Virus record (IMG/VR): IMGVR_UViG_3300043410_001242
Direction: 5' to 3' (one strand)
DNA: 64,000 nucleotides
Source: a virus
This document shows positions 45,232 to 55,819 of this stretch, one piece after another (position 1 is the first letter of the stretch; each line of letters starts with the position of its first letter). A program made the position numbers and the translations under genes. The notes under the pieces were generated by a model. The model was given only the letters and a program-made list of their open reading frames with translations, was not told the origin of the DNA and did not search any database.

Positions 45232-47771
45232 TGAGTAAAGCATTCTATACAAACGTTTCTGTATCTGGCATCCACATCCAATATCGGGGTGTGGATTCTA
45301 AAGGTGCTCGAGTAAAAAGACTAATCGAGTACTCTCCTTCTTTGTATCTACCTTCAAAAAGAGAAACAAAGTTCAAATCTCTACATGGAGACTATCTCCA
45401 ACAAAAGATCTTTGGTAACATTAAAGAAGCCAGAGATTACATCAAGCATTTTGATGGTGTTGCTGGTGCCAATAAGATTTATGGCAATTCTCGTTTTGAA
45501 TATGCTTTTATTGCAGATCAGCATAAAGGCATGATTGAATGGGATATGAGCAAAGTTCTTATTGGCGTTCTTGATATCGAAGTCGGGTCGGAAAATGGTT
45601 TTCCTGACCCCTACGAAGCGAACGAACCAATCACAGCCATCACTATATCTTATCTCAACGGTCGAACCTACGTCTTTGGATGTGGTGATTATGAGAAACA
45701 AGGTGATGAGATATACTACAAGTGCAAAGATGAGTGGACTCTCTGTAAAGAGTTCCTTAAACTTTGGACTGAATACTGTCCTGATGTTCTGACTGGTTGG
45801 AATACCAAGTTCTTCGATATTCCATATATTATCAATCGATTTCGTAAAATTCTTGGTGCACCTGATACCAAAAAACTTTCACCCTGGAATTACATTTCAG
45901 AGAGAAAGACTGTCATCAATGGCCGAGAAATGACAGCATATGTGATAGATGGTGTTGCAAATCTAGATTATCTTGAACTCTACAAGTGGTACGCTCCAAA
46001 TGGCAAGACTCAAGAATCATATCGTCTAGACAATATTGCTCATGTTGAACTTAAAGAACGTAAATTATCATATGAAGAATATGGTAATCTTCACAATCTT
46101 TATAAAGAGAATTATCAACTATTCATTGAATACAACATTAAAGACGTTGACTTGATTCTTAGACTGGAAGATAAACTAAAACTTCTTGAACTTGGTTTGA
46201 CTCTGGCTTATGACACCAAATCAAACTATGAAGACATTTTTGCACAAACAAGAATGTGGGACTCTCTTTGTTATTCTTATTTGTTGGAAAGAAATATAAT
46301 TGTTCCTCCAAAAGTGATCAAAGAGAAAGACTCTGCATTTGAAGGTGCTTATGTTAAAGAACCTCAAGTTGGTATGCACAATTGGGTTGCATCATTCGAC
46401 TTGGACAGTCTTTACCCACATTTGATGATGCAATATAATATTTCACCTGAAACGATTATTGAACCTGAAGACTACACACCAGTAATGCGTAATATTCTGT
46501 CTCAAGGTGTTACAGTCGATAAGATGTTGAAGAAACAGGTTGTTATCGAAGGACTTGAACAAGCAACAATCACACCGAATGGACAATTCTTTAGATCTGA
46601 TATTCAAGGTTTTCTTCCAAAGATGTTGGAAGAGATGTATGAAGATCGTAAAAAGTTCAAGAAGATGATGTTGGAAGCAAAGCAACAGTATGTGAATGAA
46701 AAAGATCCACAGAAAAAGTTTGAACTATCTAAGTTGGTGGCTAGATATAACAATCTGCAATTGGCTAAAAAAGTTGGTTTGAACTCTGCTTATGGCGCTC
46801 TTGGTTCACAATACTTCAGATTCTATGATCTTAGAATGGCACTTGGTGTTACATCTGCCGGGCAGCTTTCAATTCGATGGATTGAAGGTAAACTTAATGA
46901 ATACATGAATAAACTTTTGGAGACAAACCGTGATTACGTTATTGCATCAGATACGGACTCAATTTATCTCAACCTTGGTCCGCTTGTGGACAAGTTCGTA
47001 CAACAAGAGAAATCAATTGAAGCAACAATCTCCATCATGGACAAGGTCTGTGAGGATAAGATACAACCATTTATTGACAGAAGTTACGCTGAGCTTGCTA
47101 CTTACGTTAACGCTTACAAACAAAAAATGCGAATGAAACGTGAGGCACTTGCAAACAAAGGTGTTTGGACTGCCAAAAAGCGTTATATTCTGAATGTATA
47201 CAATAATGAAGGCGTTCAGTATGACGAACCAGACTTAAAAGTTATGGGTCTTGAAATGATTAAGTCTTCCACTCCTTCTGCCATCAGAGAAAGAATGAAA
47301 GATACTATCAAACTCATGATGAATGGTACTGAATCTGATGTACAAGCATTTATTGAGAACTTTAGAAAACATTTCAAAGAATTGCCAGCAGAAGAGATTT
47401 CTTTTCCTCGCGGCGTGAATGGTCTTTCTAAATGGTCAGATCAGTCACAACTGTACAAGAAGGGTACGCCTATTCATGTCAAAGGAGCAATTCTATATAA
47501 TATGTTGTTGAAACAAAAGAATCTGGATAAGAAATATCCACTGATTCAAGAAGGTGAAAAGTTGAAGTTCACCTATCTCAAAATGCCGAATCCACTCAAA
47601 GATACGGTCATTTCATATCCGTCTAAACTGCCTACAGAAATGGGTCTTGATGATTATATTGATTATGACACACAGTTTGATAAGGCATTTCTAGACCCAA
47701 TTAAGATTATTCTTGATTGCATCGGATGGAAAACAGAAAAAACAAGTTCGTTAGATGATTTTTTTAGTTAA
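45231..47771 (+). CDS. gp43: DNA polymerase gp43 (family B)
   Basis: DIEV, GWN..FFDIPY, SFDLDSLYP, LNSAYG, SDTDS, KKRY. Confidence 0.98.
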   Translation: MSKAFYTNVSVSGIHIQYRGVDSKGARVKRLIEYSPSLYLPSKRETKFKSLHGDYLQQKIFGNIKEARDYIKHFDGVAGANKIYGNSRFEYAFIADQHKGMIEWDMSKVLIGVLDIEVGSENGFPDPYEANEPITAITISYLNGRTYVFGCGDYEKQGDEIYYKCKDEWTLCKEFLKLWTEYCPDVLTGWNTKFFDIPYIINRFRKILGAPDTKKLSPWNYISERKTVINGREMTAYVIDGVANLDYLELYKWYAPNGKTQESYRLDNIAHVELKERKLSYEEYGNLHNLYKENYQLFIEYNIKDVDLILRLEDKLKLLELGLTLAYDTKSNYEDIFAQTRMWDSLCYSYLLERNIIVPPKVIKEKDSAFEGAYVKEPQVGMHNWVASFDLDSLYPHLMMQYNISPETIIEPEDYTPVMRNILSQGVTVDKMLKKQVVIEGLEQATITPNGQFFRSDIQGFLPKMLEEMYEDRKKFKKMMLEAKQQYVNEKDPQKKFELSKLVARYNNLQLAKKVGLNSAYGALGSQYFRFYDLRMALGVTSAGQLSIRWIEGKLNEYMNKLLETNRDYVIASDTDSIYLNLGPLVDKFVQQEKSIEATISIMDKVCEDKIQPFIDRSYAELATYVNAYKQKMRMKREALANKGVWTAKKRYILNVYNNEGVQYDEPDLKVMGLEMIKSSTPSAIRERMKDTIKLMMNGTESDVQAFIENFRKHFKELPAEEISFPRGVNGLSKWSDQSQLYKKGTPIHVKGAILYNMLLKQKNLDKKYPLIQEGEKLKFTYLKMPNPLKDTVISYPSKLPTEMGLDDYIDYDTQFDKAFLDPIKIILDCIGWKTEKTSSLDDFFS

Positions 47772-47779
47772 GGTGAAAC

Positions 47780-48817
47780 ATGAGTATTCTAGATAAAATC
47801 AAAAAGAATTCCAGTATCAAGGATTCTGCAATTCTTTCTAAGTCCAAATTCTTTACAGAAAAGGACATGATTCCTACAGCAATTCCTATTATCAATGTGG
47901 CATTGTCTGCTAAACTTGATGGTGGCCTTACTCCAGGTCTTACAATGTGGGCAGGTCCAAGTAAACACTTTAAAACAGCATTTAGTCTGTTGATGGCTAA
48001 ATCATATTTGGAGAAATATGAAGATGCGGCTCTTCTTTTTTATGATTCTGAGTTTGGTACTCCACAGTCTTATTTTGACTCTTTTAATATTGACACTGAT
48101 AGAGTTCTCCACACTCCTATTACAGACATCGAACAACTTAAATTCGATATTATGAATCAACTTCAGAACATCGAACGTGGTGACCATCTAATCATTATAG
48201 TTGATTCAATTGGAAACCTTGCATCGAAAAAAGAAGTTGAAGATGCTCTGAATGAAAAGTCTGTAGCTGATATGTCTAGAGCAAAACAGATTAAGTCTCT
48301 ATTCCGCATGATTACTCCACATCTGACACTCAAAGATATTCCAATGGTGGTCGTTAATCACACCTACATGGAAATTGGTATGTTCCCCAAAGCCATCGTT
48401 GGTGGTGGTACAGGATCATATTATTCTGCTGATAATATCTTCATCATTGGTCGTCAACAGGAAAAAGAAGGACAGGAAATCGTTGGTTATAACTTCATCA
48501 TTAATGTTGAGAAGTCTAGATATGTTAAAGAGAAGTCTAAAATTCCTGTTACTGTATCTTATGATGGAGGCATCAGTCGTTGGTCTGGTTTATTGGATCT
48601 CGCTCTGGAATCTGGACATGTTGTGAAACCAAGCAACGGTTGGTATTCAAAAATGGATGAAAACGGTGAAATTGAAGATAAGAAATATAGAATCAAAGAC
48701 ACAGATAACAAAGATTTCTGGATGCCTATACTTAAGATGAAATCGTTTAGAGATTATATTGAAAACAAGTATAAAGTAGCTTCTATGGATATTATGCCTG
48801 AAGAACTGGAAATGTAA
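47780..48817 (+). CDS. uvsX: RecA-like recombinase UvsX
   Basis: AGPSKHFKT, YDSEFG, DSIGNLAS, ADMSRAK. Confidence 0.96.
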   Translation: MSILDKIKKNSSIKDSAILSKSKFFTEKDMIPTAIPIINVALSAKLDGGLTPGLTMWAGPSKHFKTAFSLLMAKSYLEKYEDAALLFYDSEFGTPQSYFDSFNIDTDRVLHTPITDIEQLKFDIMNQLQNIERGDHLIIIVDSIGNLASKKEVEDALNEKSVADMSRAKQIKSLFRMITPHLTLKDIPMVVVNHTYMEIGMFPKAIVGGGTGSYYSADNIFIIGRQQEKEGQEIVGYNFIINVEKSRYVKEKSKIPVTVSYDGGISRWSGLLDLALESGHVVKPSNGWYSKMDENGEIEDKKYRIKDTDNKDFWMPILKMKSFRDYIENKYKVASMDIMPEELEM

Positions 48818-48819
48818 TT

Positions 48820-49431
48820 ATGTACAATATAGAATACTTTGGATCAAAAAAAGATCCACATATACTTTGTATCAAAAACTTTTTTGATGATAATGAACTT
48901 GATGGAATCTGGCAAGAACTTAGTTTTCTAACATATAAACACAAGTTGTTGCCACCAGCATCAACCAATACGGCTATGTTTGAGGGAAAACCCCTCAAAC
49001 AAAACAGTGGCATATTCTTAGAGTCTGTTTTTGCAGATAAGAATATTTCCAACATATTGACAATTTTAGAAAAAACATACGATTGTGGTTTCTTAGAGTA
49101 CTTGATGGAGTATGATCCAATTTTTAGATATATGATGTATTGCAAACGTAAATCTACATTGTTGTCCTATTATCAAGATGGTGATTATTATAAGAAACAT
49201 TGGGATGTTTCAACTATATCAGTTTTGTTTTATTTCTTCGAAGAACCTAAGTGTTTCTCTGGCGGAGACTTGTATTTTCCAGATTTTGACAAGAACATCG
49301 AAATAGAAAACAATATGGTCGTTATTTTCCCAAGTTGTTATAGACATGAAGTTGATACCGTAATCATGGAAGGAGAGGAGTTCAACAAAAAAGGACGTTA
49401 CTGTATTTCACAATTCTTATTCTCGGATTAA
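48820..49431 (+). CDS. 2OG-Fe(II) oxygenase
   Basis: YQDGDYYKKHWD, FSGGDLYF, FPS...HEV, R. Confidence 0.85.
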   Translation: MYNIEYFGSKKDPHILCIKNFFDDNELDGIWQELSFLTYKHKLLPPASTNTAMFEGKPLKQNSGIFLESVFADKNISNILTILEKTYDCGFLEYLMEYDPIFRYMMYCKRKSTLLSYYQDGDYYKKHWDVSTISVLFYFFEEPKCFSGGDLYFPDFDKNIEIENNMVVIFPSCYRHEVDTVIMEGEEFNKKGRYCISQFLFSD

Positions 49432-49434
49432 AAC

Positions 49435-49749
49435 ATGAATGAAAATGAACACTACCAATTTATTGTATCAGAGACAGATCAAGAATACATTCACATCAAA
49501 CTGATATCTGGGCCATTTAAAGATACTATATTCAAATATGGAAAGATAAATGTAGAAGAAAAAAATGATGAGGGGTATTTACATTTTGATTATGATGTGT
49601 TACAATCCAATGTAATGAAACCAAAAAAATTGGAAAAGAACAAAGATTTCCAGAAATATATTGGTGACCTTTTGGTTGAAATTATTGCACGAGGATTAGA
49701 AGAATACAATGAGAGTCGAACAACTGATACTGAAGAATCTGATCTATAA
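49435..49749 (+). CDS. Hypothetical protein (gp40 position)
   Basis: Lies between uvsX and gp41, as T4 gp40 does. Confidence 0.45.
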   Translation: MNENEHYQFIVSETDQEYIHIKLISGPFKDTIFKYGKINVEEKNDEGYLHFDYDVLQSNVMKPKKLEKNKDFQKYIGDLLVEIIARGLEEYNESRTTDTEESDL

Positions 49750-51079
49750 TGAAGACTATTTTCGTAAAGTATTACCGTTTCTGAAAAGAGAATATTTTAA
49801 TGGCACTGATAAGCTTATCTTTAATGAAGTCTCCGCATTTGCGACGGAATACAATTCACCTCCTTCTATTGAAGCAATCTCTATTTCCATCAAAGATAAG
49901 AGAAATATCACAAATGAGGAAGTTGAGAAGTGCGAAGATTATGTGGAGGAGTTACATAGACTTGACACTAAGAACAGTAATCAAGAATGGCTCATCAACA
50001 AGACGGAAACATTTTGTCAAGAAAAGGCTATCTACAATGCGGTACTCAATTCAATATCGATATTGGATGGCAAAGACAAATCTCACGAACGGGGTGCGAT
50101 ACCTAAGATTCTTTCTGACGCCCTCGCGGTAAGTTTTGATACTTCAATTGGTCATGATTACCTAGACAATTCTGATGATAGATATGAATTCTATCACCGA
50201 AAAGAAGAGAGAATACCTTTTGATTTGGAGTATTTGAATAAAATCACAAAAGGTGGAATGCCATCAAAGTCACTTATTATTGCTCTTGCAGGAACAGGTG
50301 TCGGTAAGTCATTGTTTATGTGTCATGTGGCCGCATCAAGTATGATACTTGGTAAAAATGTGCTATACATTACATTGGAAATGGCAGAAGAGAAGATTGC
50401 AGAACGTATTGATGCCAATCTTTTGAATGTTACTGTTGATGATCTACACAAATTATCTAAAGATGATTATGATAAAAAGGTCGAAAAAGTACGAAAGAAA
50501 ACTCACGGTAAATTAATTATCAAAGAATATCCAACCGCTTCGGCTTCAACAACACATTTCAGGACACTATTAAATGAACTTCATCTCAAACGTAATTTCA
50601 GACCTGATATTATCTTTGTTGACTATCTCAACATCTGCACTTCTTCTCGCATTAAACCTGGTGCTAGTATTAATTCCTATACCTATGTCAAGTCCATTGC
50701 TGAGGAACTTCGTGGTCTTGCGGTTGAATATGGTGTACCGGTTGTGTCTGCTACACAAACTACAAGAGCAGGATTCAACAGTTCAGATCCTGGATTGGAA
50801 GACACTTCAGAGTCTTTTGGGTTACCAGCGACCGCAGATTTGATGTTTGCTTTGATCTCCTCCGAAGAACTGGAAGAACTTGGACAGATCATGGTAAAGC
50901 AATTGAAGAACCGATACTCTGATCCAACATACCTCAAAAGATTCACTCTAGGTATCGACCGGGCCAAGATGAAATTATATGATGTTGAAAATTCCGCACA
51001 AGAAGACATTGCTGATGCGGGTTATAAAAAGATGAATGAGAATAAACCCAAGAATAAATTTGCAGACTTCAAAGTATAA
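49709..51079 (+). CDS. gp41: Replicative helicase gp41
   Basis: AGTGVGKS, LEMAEEKIAERIDANL, DYLNIC, SESFGLPATAD, KQLKNRY. Confidence 0.97.
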   Translation: MRVEQLILKNLIYNEDYFRKVLPFLKREYFNGTDKLIFNEVSAFATEYNSPPSIEAISISIKDKRNITNEEVEKCEDYVEELHRLDTKNSNQEWLINKTETFCQEKAIYNAVLNSISILDGKDKSHERGAIPKILSDALAVSFDTSIGHDYLDNSDDRYEFYHRKEERIPFDLEYLNKITKGGMPSKSLIIALAGTGVGKSLFMCHVAASSMILGKNVLYITLEMAEEKIAERIDANLLNVTVDDLHKLSKDDYDKKVEKVRKKTHGKLIIKEYPTASASTTHFRTLLNELHLKRNFRPDIIFVDYLNICTSSRIKPGASINSYTYVKSIAEELRGLAVEYGVPVVSATQTTRAGFNSSDPGLEDTSESFGLPATADLMFALISSEELEELGQIMVKQLKNRYSDPTYLKRFTLGIDRAKMKLYDVENSAQEDIADAGYKKMNENKPKNKFADFKV

Positions 51080-51288
51080 TGGAAACAAGAAAACGAACAC
51101 TGGTTAGAATGTTGACGTATCGATTAACTGCATGGTTATTCACAATATTTTGTACCTATCTATTTACTGGTGACGTAACTAAAAGTACCGGCTTTGCAAC
51201 TGCATTACATGTACTTTTAAGTATTGACTATTACATTCATGAAAGAATCTGGTTGAGAATAAAGTGGGGATTGTCTGATGCTGACTAA
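51079..51288 (+). CDS. Small membrane protein (DUF2061-like)
   Basis: ETRKRTLVR..TYR.....YYIHERIW..I.WG. Confidence 0.7.
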   Translation: METRKRTLVRMLTYRLTAWLFTIFCTYLFTGDVTKSTGFATALHVLLSIDYYIHERIWLRIKWGLSDAD

Positions 51289-52381
51289 AGAAGATGCCAT
51301 CTATATTTCAAGTGTATTCGAAGATTACTTCGGACACCTTGAACGCATCGATGATTATATGAGAGAACAGAAATTGGCCTCATTGGCCGATTTACCTTCA
51401 AACCCACTGTTTCCACCTGAAGATGATTTATTCTCAGATTTTTCCATGCATCCATGGGATATGGACTTTTCTGTTGTGGATATTCCAAATAGTCAATGGG
51501 ATACTATGCTGAATATCACTTCATCTCACATCAATGGACCTTCACCTGGTCGTAATCTTAAACTGGCTGTTATAGAAAATACCACCAAGAAGTTTGTCGG
51601 TTTTATTAGACTTGGATCACCAATTATCAATTGCAAACCTCGCAATGAGATGCTCGGACAGGTTTTTACTCAAGACATTAATAATGCAAAAAGGTTCAAT
51701 AATTCTACTATGATGGGTTTCGTTATTGTTCCTGCACAACCTTTTGGTTATAATTATCTTGGTGGTAAACTTCTGGCTGCAATCTGTACTTCACACGAAG
51801 TTAGAGAAATCTGCAACAAGAAGTATAATATGAATATGTGTTTATTTGAAACCACCAGTCTCTATGGCAGTTCCAAAACAGTATCACAGTATGATGGTAT
51901 GAAACCTTATATTCGGTTTAAAGGAGTAACAGAATCAGATTTTCTACCAATGATGCACGGTAAACCTTATGAAGACTTAAAGAACTTTGTGGAAGGTAAG
52001 ATTGGTGTATTTGTGGAGGAGAATGCTTCTAGTAGAAAACTTAAGATTTCACAAAGGATCATTGCTTTGACCAAACAGGCTCTAAAAGGTTCAACAGAAT
52101 ATGATAAATTTTTAAAAATAATTTCCGATGCAAAGTCTTTAACTGAACAGAAGAGATACTACACTTCAAATTATGGATTCAAAAATTATATTGATTATGT
52201 GAATAATAAAACCGACAATCTAATTCCAGATGAAAACTATGAAAAACACCATCTTGAGAATATCGTTAATTGGTGGAAGAAAAAGGCATCCAACCGTTAC
52301 GACACACTATCCAACGAAAATCGTTTGAGAAGTGAAGTTGAGGTTTGGACATCAGGAAAACACATCGACATCATTAGATAA
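51278..52381 (+). CDS. DUF4338/DruA-like protein, paralog 2
   Basis: PGRNL, GFIRLGSP, VPAQPFGYNYLGGKLLA, ETTSLYG..SQYDG. Confidence 0.6.
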   Translation: MLTKEDAIYISSVFEDYFGHLERIDDYMREQKLASLADLPSNPLFPPEDDLFSDFSMHPWDMDFSVVDIPNSQWDTMLNITSSHINGPSPGRNLKLAVIENTTKKFVGFIRLGSPIINCKPRNEMLGQVFTQDINNAKRFNNSTMMGFVIVPAQPFGYNYLGGKLLAAICTSHEVREICNKKYNMNMCLFETTSLYGSSKTVSQYDGMKPYIRFKGVTESDFLPMMHGKPYEDLKNFVEGKIGVFVEENASSRKLKISQRIIALTKQALKGSTEYDKFLKIISDAKSLTEQKRYYTSNYGFKNYIDYVNNKTDNLIPDENYEKHHLENIVNWWKKKASNRYDTLSNENRLRSEVEVWTSGKHIDIIR

Positions 52382-52405
52382 ATATTATCATTTGAGTCAC
52401 TATCA

Positions 52406-53461
52406 ATGGCCTACGATTTTATACCGACTTCTACACAAGAAATCGAAAAACAGATAAAAGATAAAAATATCTCGGAGGAGATACAGCTGGCTTTTGTCAA
52501 TTTAACCTCTAAGTACCCACATATACCGGATCCTTTGGCTATAGATAAAACTAAACCAAAACAACCGAAAATAACAAGAAGATTACAAACTCAAGTTGAT
52601 GTGAAAACTATGCAAAAAAAATTAAAACTTATTAAATTGTCTTTTGGTGATGGATCCAGAGGTGGACGAGGCGTAGCAAATAAAGGAAATGCATTTGAGG
52701 GTATTTTGGCTGGTGATATTGAGCGTTGGAAGAGGGGAGAAAATCTACAAGATGAAACCAATTTACCCATAATTGAATTGTTGGAGAAACAATATCACAT
52801 CAGCAAATACAAGAAGTTGGAAACAAAAATGCTGGGTGAAAAGAACACCAAGAGACCAATTTCTTATGGTTCCAAAATCATTGTAGGTAAAGGACCTGTA
52901 GATATCGGAAAAGATGTTACCGATGTTGACTTGGAAGGTGACGGAAAACTTTTAGCGCATCTAAGTTTAAAACATGGAGGAACTGTAACATTCTTTAATG
53001 CTGGCGTACTCAAGGTATTAAAGACTTCAGAAATTAAAGATGGTTTGGTGCAAGAAGGAGACGGTAAAAGATTATTAAAACTACTTGGTGTTGAAAATGT
53101 GAGAATGTGTCAAATCTTTAATGGAAATTTTGGTGTGTCTGGCAAAGTTAATGTGACCAATGAAATTAATCGTTCTGATCTAGAATATTTTATTGAATCT
53201 GGGATTGGATATGGTTTTCAAATGGTACACAAGATCGCAAGAAATAAAGTGAAATGTTTCTTTGTGGATCAAAATTATATGAAAAGTGCCGCAAAGATTG
53301 AAAGTGTTAATGTGTATTATGGTGGTAAAGGCGGCCGAGGTAAAAGAATTGATGTTGAAGTTGTGACACCTAAGTACACATTGAAGATGAACTTAAGAGA
53401 TTCTACTGGAAACAATAATGGTTATCCAACCCGACTGATGTGTGACTATTCTTATAATTAA
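52406..53461 (+). CDS. Hypothetical protein, possible PD-(D/E)xK nuclease
   Basis: GNAFE...VTDVDL...HLSLK; ATAAATA upstream. Confidence 0.4.
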   Translation: MAYDFIPTSTQEIEKQIKDKNISEEIQLAFVNLTSKYPHIPDPLAIDKTKPKQPKITRRLQTQVDVKTMQKKLKLIKLSFGDGSRGGRGVANKGNAFEGILAGDIERWKRGENLQDETNLPIIELLEKQYHISKYKKLETKMLGEKNTKRPISYGSKIIVGKGPVDIGKDVTDVDLEGDGKLLAHLSLKHGGTVTFFNAGVLKVLKTSEIKDGLVQEGDGKRLLKLLGVENVRMCQIFNGNFGVSGKVNVTNEINRSDLEYFIESGIGYGFQMVHKIARNKVKCFFVDQNYMKSAAKIESVNVYYGGKGGRGKRIDVEVVTPKYTLKMNLRDSTGNNNGYPTRLMCDYSYN

Positions 53462-53475
53462 AATTTGGAGTTATT

Positions 53476-54189
53476 ATGACGGCAACGGTGATTATTCCCA
53501 CAACGGGAGCATATGATGTTAAACAAGCAATAGAAAGTGTTTTAGAACAGACATACGAAACTCAAATTTATGTTGTAATCGATGGACTTAGATTTGAGGA
53601 TAAAGTTGATGATATTTTAAATAAAGTTCGAGGAGACTTTACAAACGTACATTTCTGTACTCTTCCAATCAATGTGGGTGCCAATGGATTCTATGGTCAT
53701 AGAGTCTATGCGGCATTCACTCATCTAATCAACACTGATTATGTGTTATATCTTGATCAGGATTGCTGGATGAGGCCGAATCATGTTGAATCTTTAATCG
53801 ATACTATTGAATCCAATAATCTGGATTGGGCATATTCTCTTAGAAGTATCTGGTCTCAAGATGGTGCATTTATTTGTCTTGATAATTGTGAATCTCTTGG
53901 CCCAGAATGGCCAATCATGGGTTATCCCCATGTAGATACAAACTGTTATTGTATCAAAACTTCCGTTGCAACTAAGGTTGCGTCAGCATGGCATGGTGGT
54001 TGGGGACAGGATAGAGTTTTCTTAAACGTCCTCTCCACACACTTTAAATCGTATAAATGTTCCAGTCTATATACTTTAAACTACAGAATGGGTGGTGACA
54101 CTAATGCAGTGAACGCCAACTTCTTTGTTGAAAATAATATGAAGGTTGAAAAACATTATAATGGAGAACTACCGTGGCGAAAAACTTAA
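53476..54189 (+). CDS. Glycosyltransferase family 2
   Basis: VIIPT..QAIESVLEQTY, VVIDG, YLDQD. Confidence 0.85.
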   Translation: MTATVIIPTTGAYDVKQAIESVLEQTYETQIYVVIDGLRFEDKVDDILNKVRGDFTNVHFCTLPINVGANGFYGHRVYAAFTHLINTDYVLYLDQDCWMRPNHVESLIDTIESNNLDWAYSLRSIWSQDGAFICLDNCESLGPEWPIMGYPHVDTNCYCIKTSVATKVASAWHGGWGQDRVFLNVLSTHFKSYKCSSLYTLNYRMGGDTNAVNANFFVENNMKVEKHYNGELPWRKT

Positions 54190-55028
54190 TTATTGGTGGA
54201 TTTACTAATTACAATTACAATCAATTAAAACCTTGGGTTGAATCTATTGACGAATCTGGATTCCAAGGAGACAAAGTTCTTGTTTTTGGTAATGCATCTG
54301 AAGAAACACTAAAACAACTGAGTGATAGGAATTTCAAATTAATTCCTATGCAAAATTCAAATATGCCAATTCATGTGGCAAGATTCTTATACATCTATGA
54401 ATACTTGAGAGAACATTGGAAAGAATATAATCATGTAATCACAACCGATGTAAAAGATGTTTACTTTCAAACAAATCCAACTGAATGGTTGGAGGGCAGG
54501 TTGGATGGATTTAAAATCATATGCGGTTCAGAAGGCATAAGATATAAAGATGAATCTTGGGGTGATGAGAATCTGAAACAGTGTTATGGCGAATATATCT
54601 ATAACCTCTTCAAAGACAATGAAATATACAATGTTGGTGTATTGGCTGGAAAGTCAGAATATATCAAAGACCTTGTTTTCAATATCTTTACAAATGCAGT
54701 AAATAGACCCATTCCAATTGTAGATCAAGCAGTATTCAACGTACTTATCAATACACAACCATATAAAGATTGTACGTATTTTGCAAAGCAATATTATGGT
54801 TGGGCATGTCATGCTGGAACAACTGTCGATCCAAGTAAAATCGAAAGGTTTAGGCCAAACCTAACTGAACCAGAACCACACTTTAAAGATGGTATTGTGT
54901 ACTCATCAAATGGTGAACCTTTCTGTATTGTTCATCAGTATGATAGAGTTCCAGAATGGAAAGAATTTGTCATGAATAAGTATAATCAAGAAGACGAATC
55001 AAACTACTTTAGGTATAAAACAGCATGA
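54174..55028 (+). CDS. Glycosyltransferase-like (GT-A)
   Basis: TTDVKDVYFQ, NVGV, DQAVFN, VHQYDR. Confidence 0.65.
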   Translation: MAKNLIIGGFTNYNYNQLKPWVESIDESGFQGDKVLVFGNASEETLKQLSDRNFKLIPMQNSNMPIHVARFLYIYEYLREHWKEYNHVITTDVKDVYFQTNPTEWLEGRLDGFKIICGSEGIRYKDESWGDENLKQCYGEYIYNLFKDNEIYNVGVLAGKSEYIKDLVFNIFTNAVNRPIPIVDQAVFNVLINTQPYKDCTYFAKQYYGWACHAGTTVDPSKIERFRPNLTEPEPHFKDGIVYSSNGEPFCIVHQYDRVPEWKEFVMNKYNQEDESNYFRYKTA

Positions 55029-55819
55029 GTGAAATTTCAATTGTAACAGCATTTTATGATATTGGTCGTTCGGGTTGGACTACAGACATAGGATTGCCTC
55101 ATTATTTACACAGAACTACAGACACATATTTTGAAAGATTCTCATATCTGGCTTCGTTGGATAATGAGATGGTTGTTTTTACATCTGAAGACTTGGTCGA
55201 CCGTGTAAAGAAAATTCGCGGAGATAAACCAACTCAAGTTATTGCTGTAGACTTTAAAGATCAGTTTTTAGACCTGAAAAGGCAGGTAACTCAAATTCAA
55301 ATTAGTGATAAGTTTATTAACATGATCAATCCATACCAGATCAAGAATCCTGAATATTGGAGTTGTGATTATGTTGTAGTTAATATGTTAAAGTCTGTGT
55401 TTGTCAATTTAGCAATAAAGATGAATCTAATCAATAATGATTTAGTTGCATGGATGGACTTTGGTTACTGTAGAGATGAAAGTATACTTAATGGTGTAAA
55501 AACCTGGAAATATAATTTTAATAAAGATAAAATACATTTCTTTAACATCAAAGATTATAAAGAAGGCACCTATATCTCAGAAATTATTGCAAATAATGAT
55601 GTACATATTACTGGACCATGTATTGTTGCTTCTAAAGAACTCTGGCCAAAATTAGAAAAACTGGTAGATCATTCACTAAAAGAGTTGTTGAATAATGAAT
55701 TAATTGATGATGATCAAACTGTTCTGTTAATGTCATATCTACTCCAACCAGAGTTATTTGAGTTACACAAAGTTTCAGACACAGATTGGTTTGTTGCTTT
55801 TAAGGAATATAGTGAATGA
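55025..55819 (+). CDS. HtrL/YibB-family protein
   Basis: IVTAFYDIGR, NPEY, AWMDFGY, DDDQ. Confidence 0.75.
   Translation: MSEISIVTAFYDIGRSGWTTDIGLPHYLHRTTDTYFERFSYLASLDNEMVVFTSEDLVDRVKKIRGDKPTQVIAVDFKDQFLDLKRQVTQIQISDKFINMINPYQIKNPEYWSCDYVVVNMLKSVFVNLAIKMNLINNDLVAWMDFGYCRDESILNGVKTWKYNFNKDKIHFFNIKDYKEGTYISEIIANNDVHITGPCIVASKELWPKLEKLVDHSLKELLNNELIDDDQTVLLMSYLLQPELFELHKVSDTDWFVAFKEYSE

Noticed and set aside
11830-51079. Introns or inteins in gp17, gp20, gp43, gp41 or uvsX
   Set aside because: Lengths and motif spacing match uninterrupted T4-like homologs.
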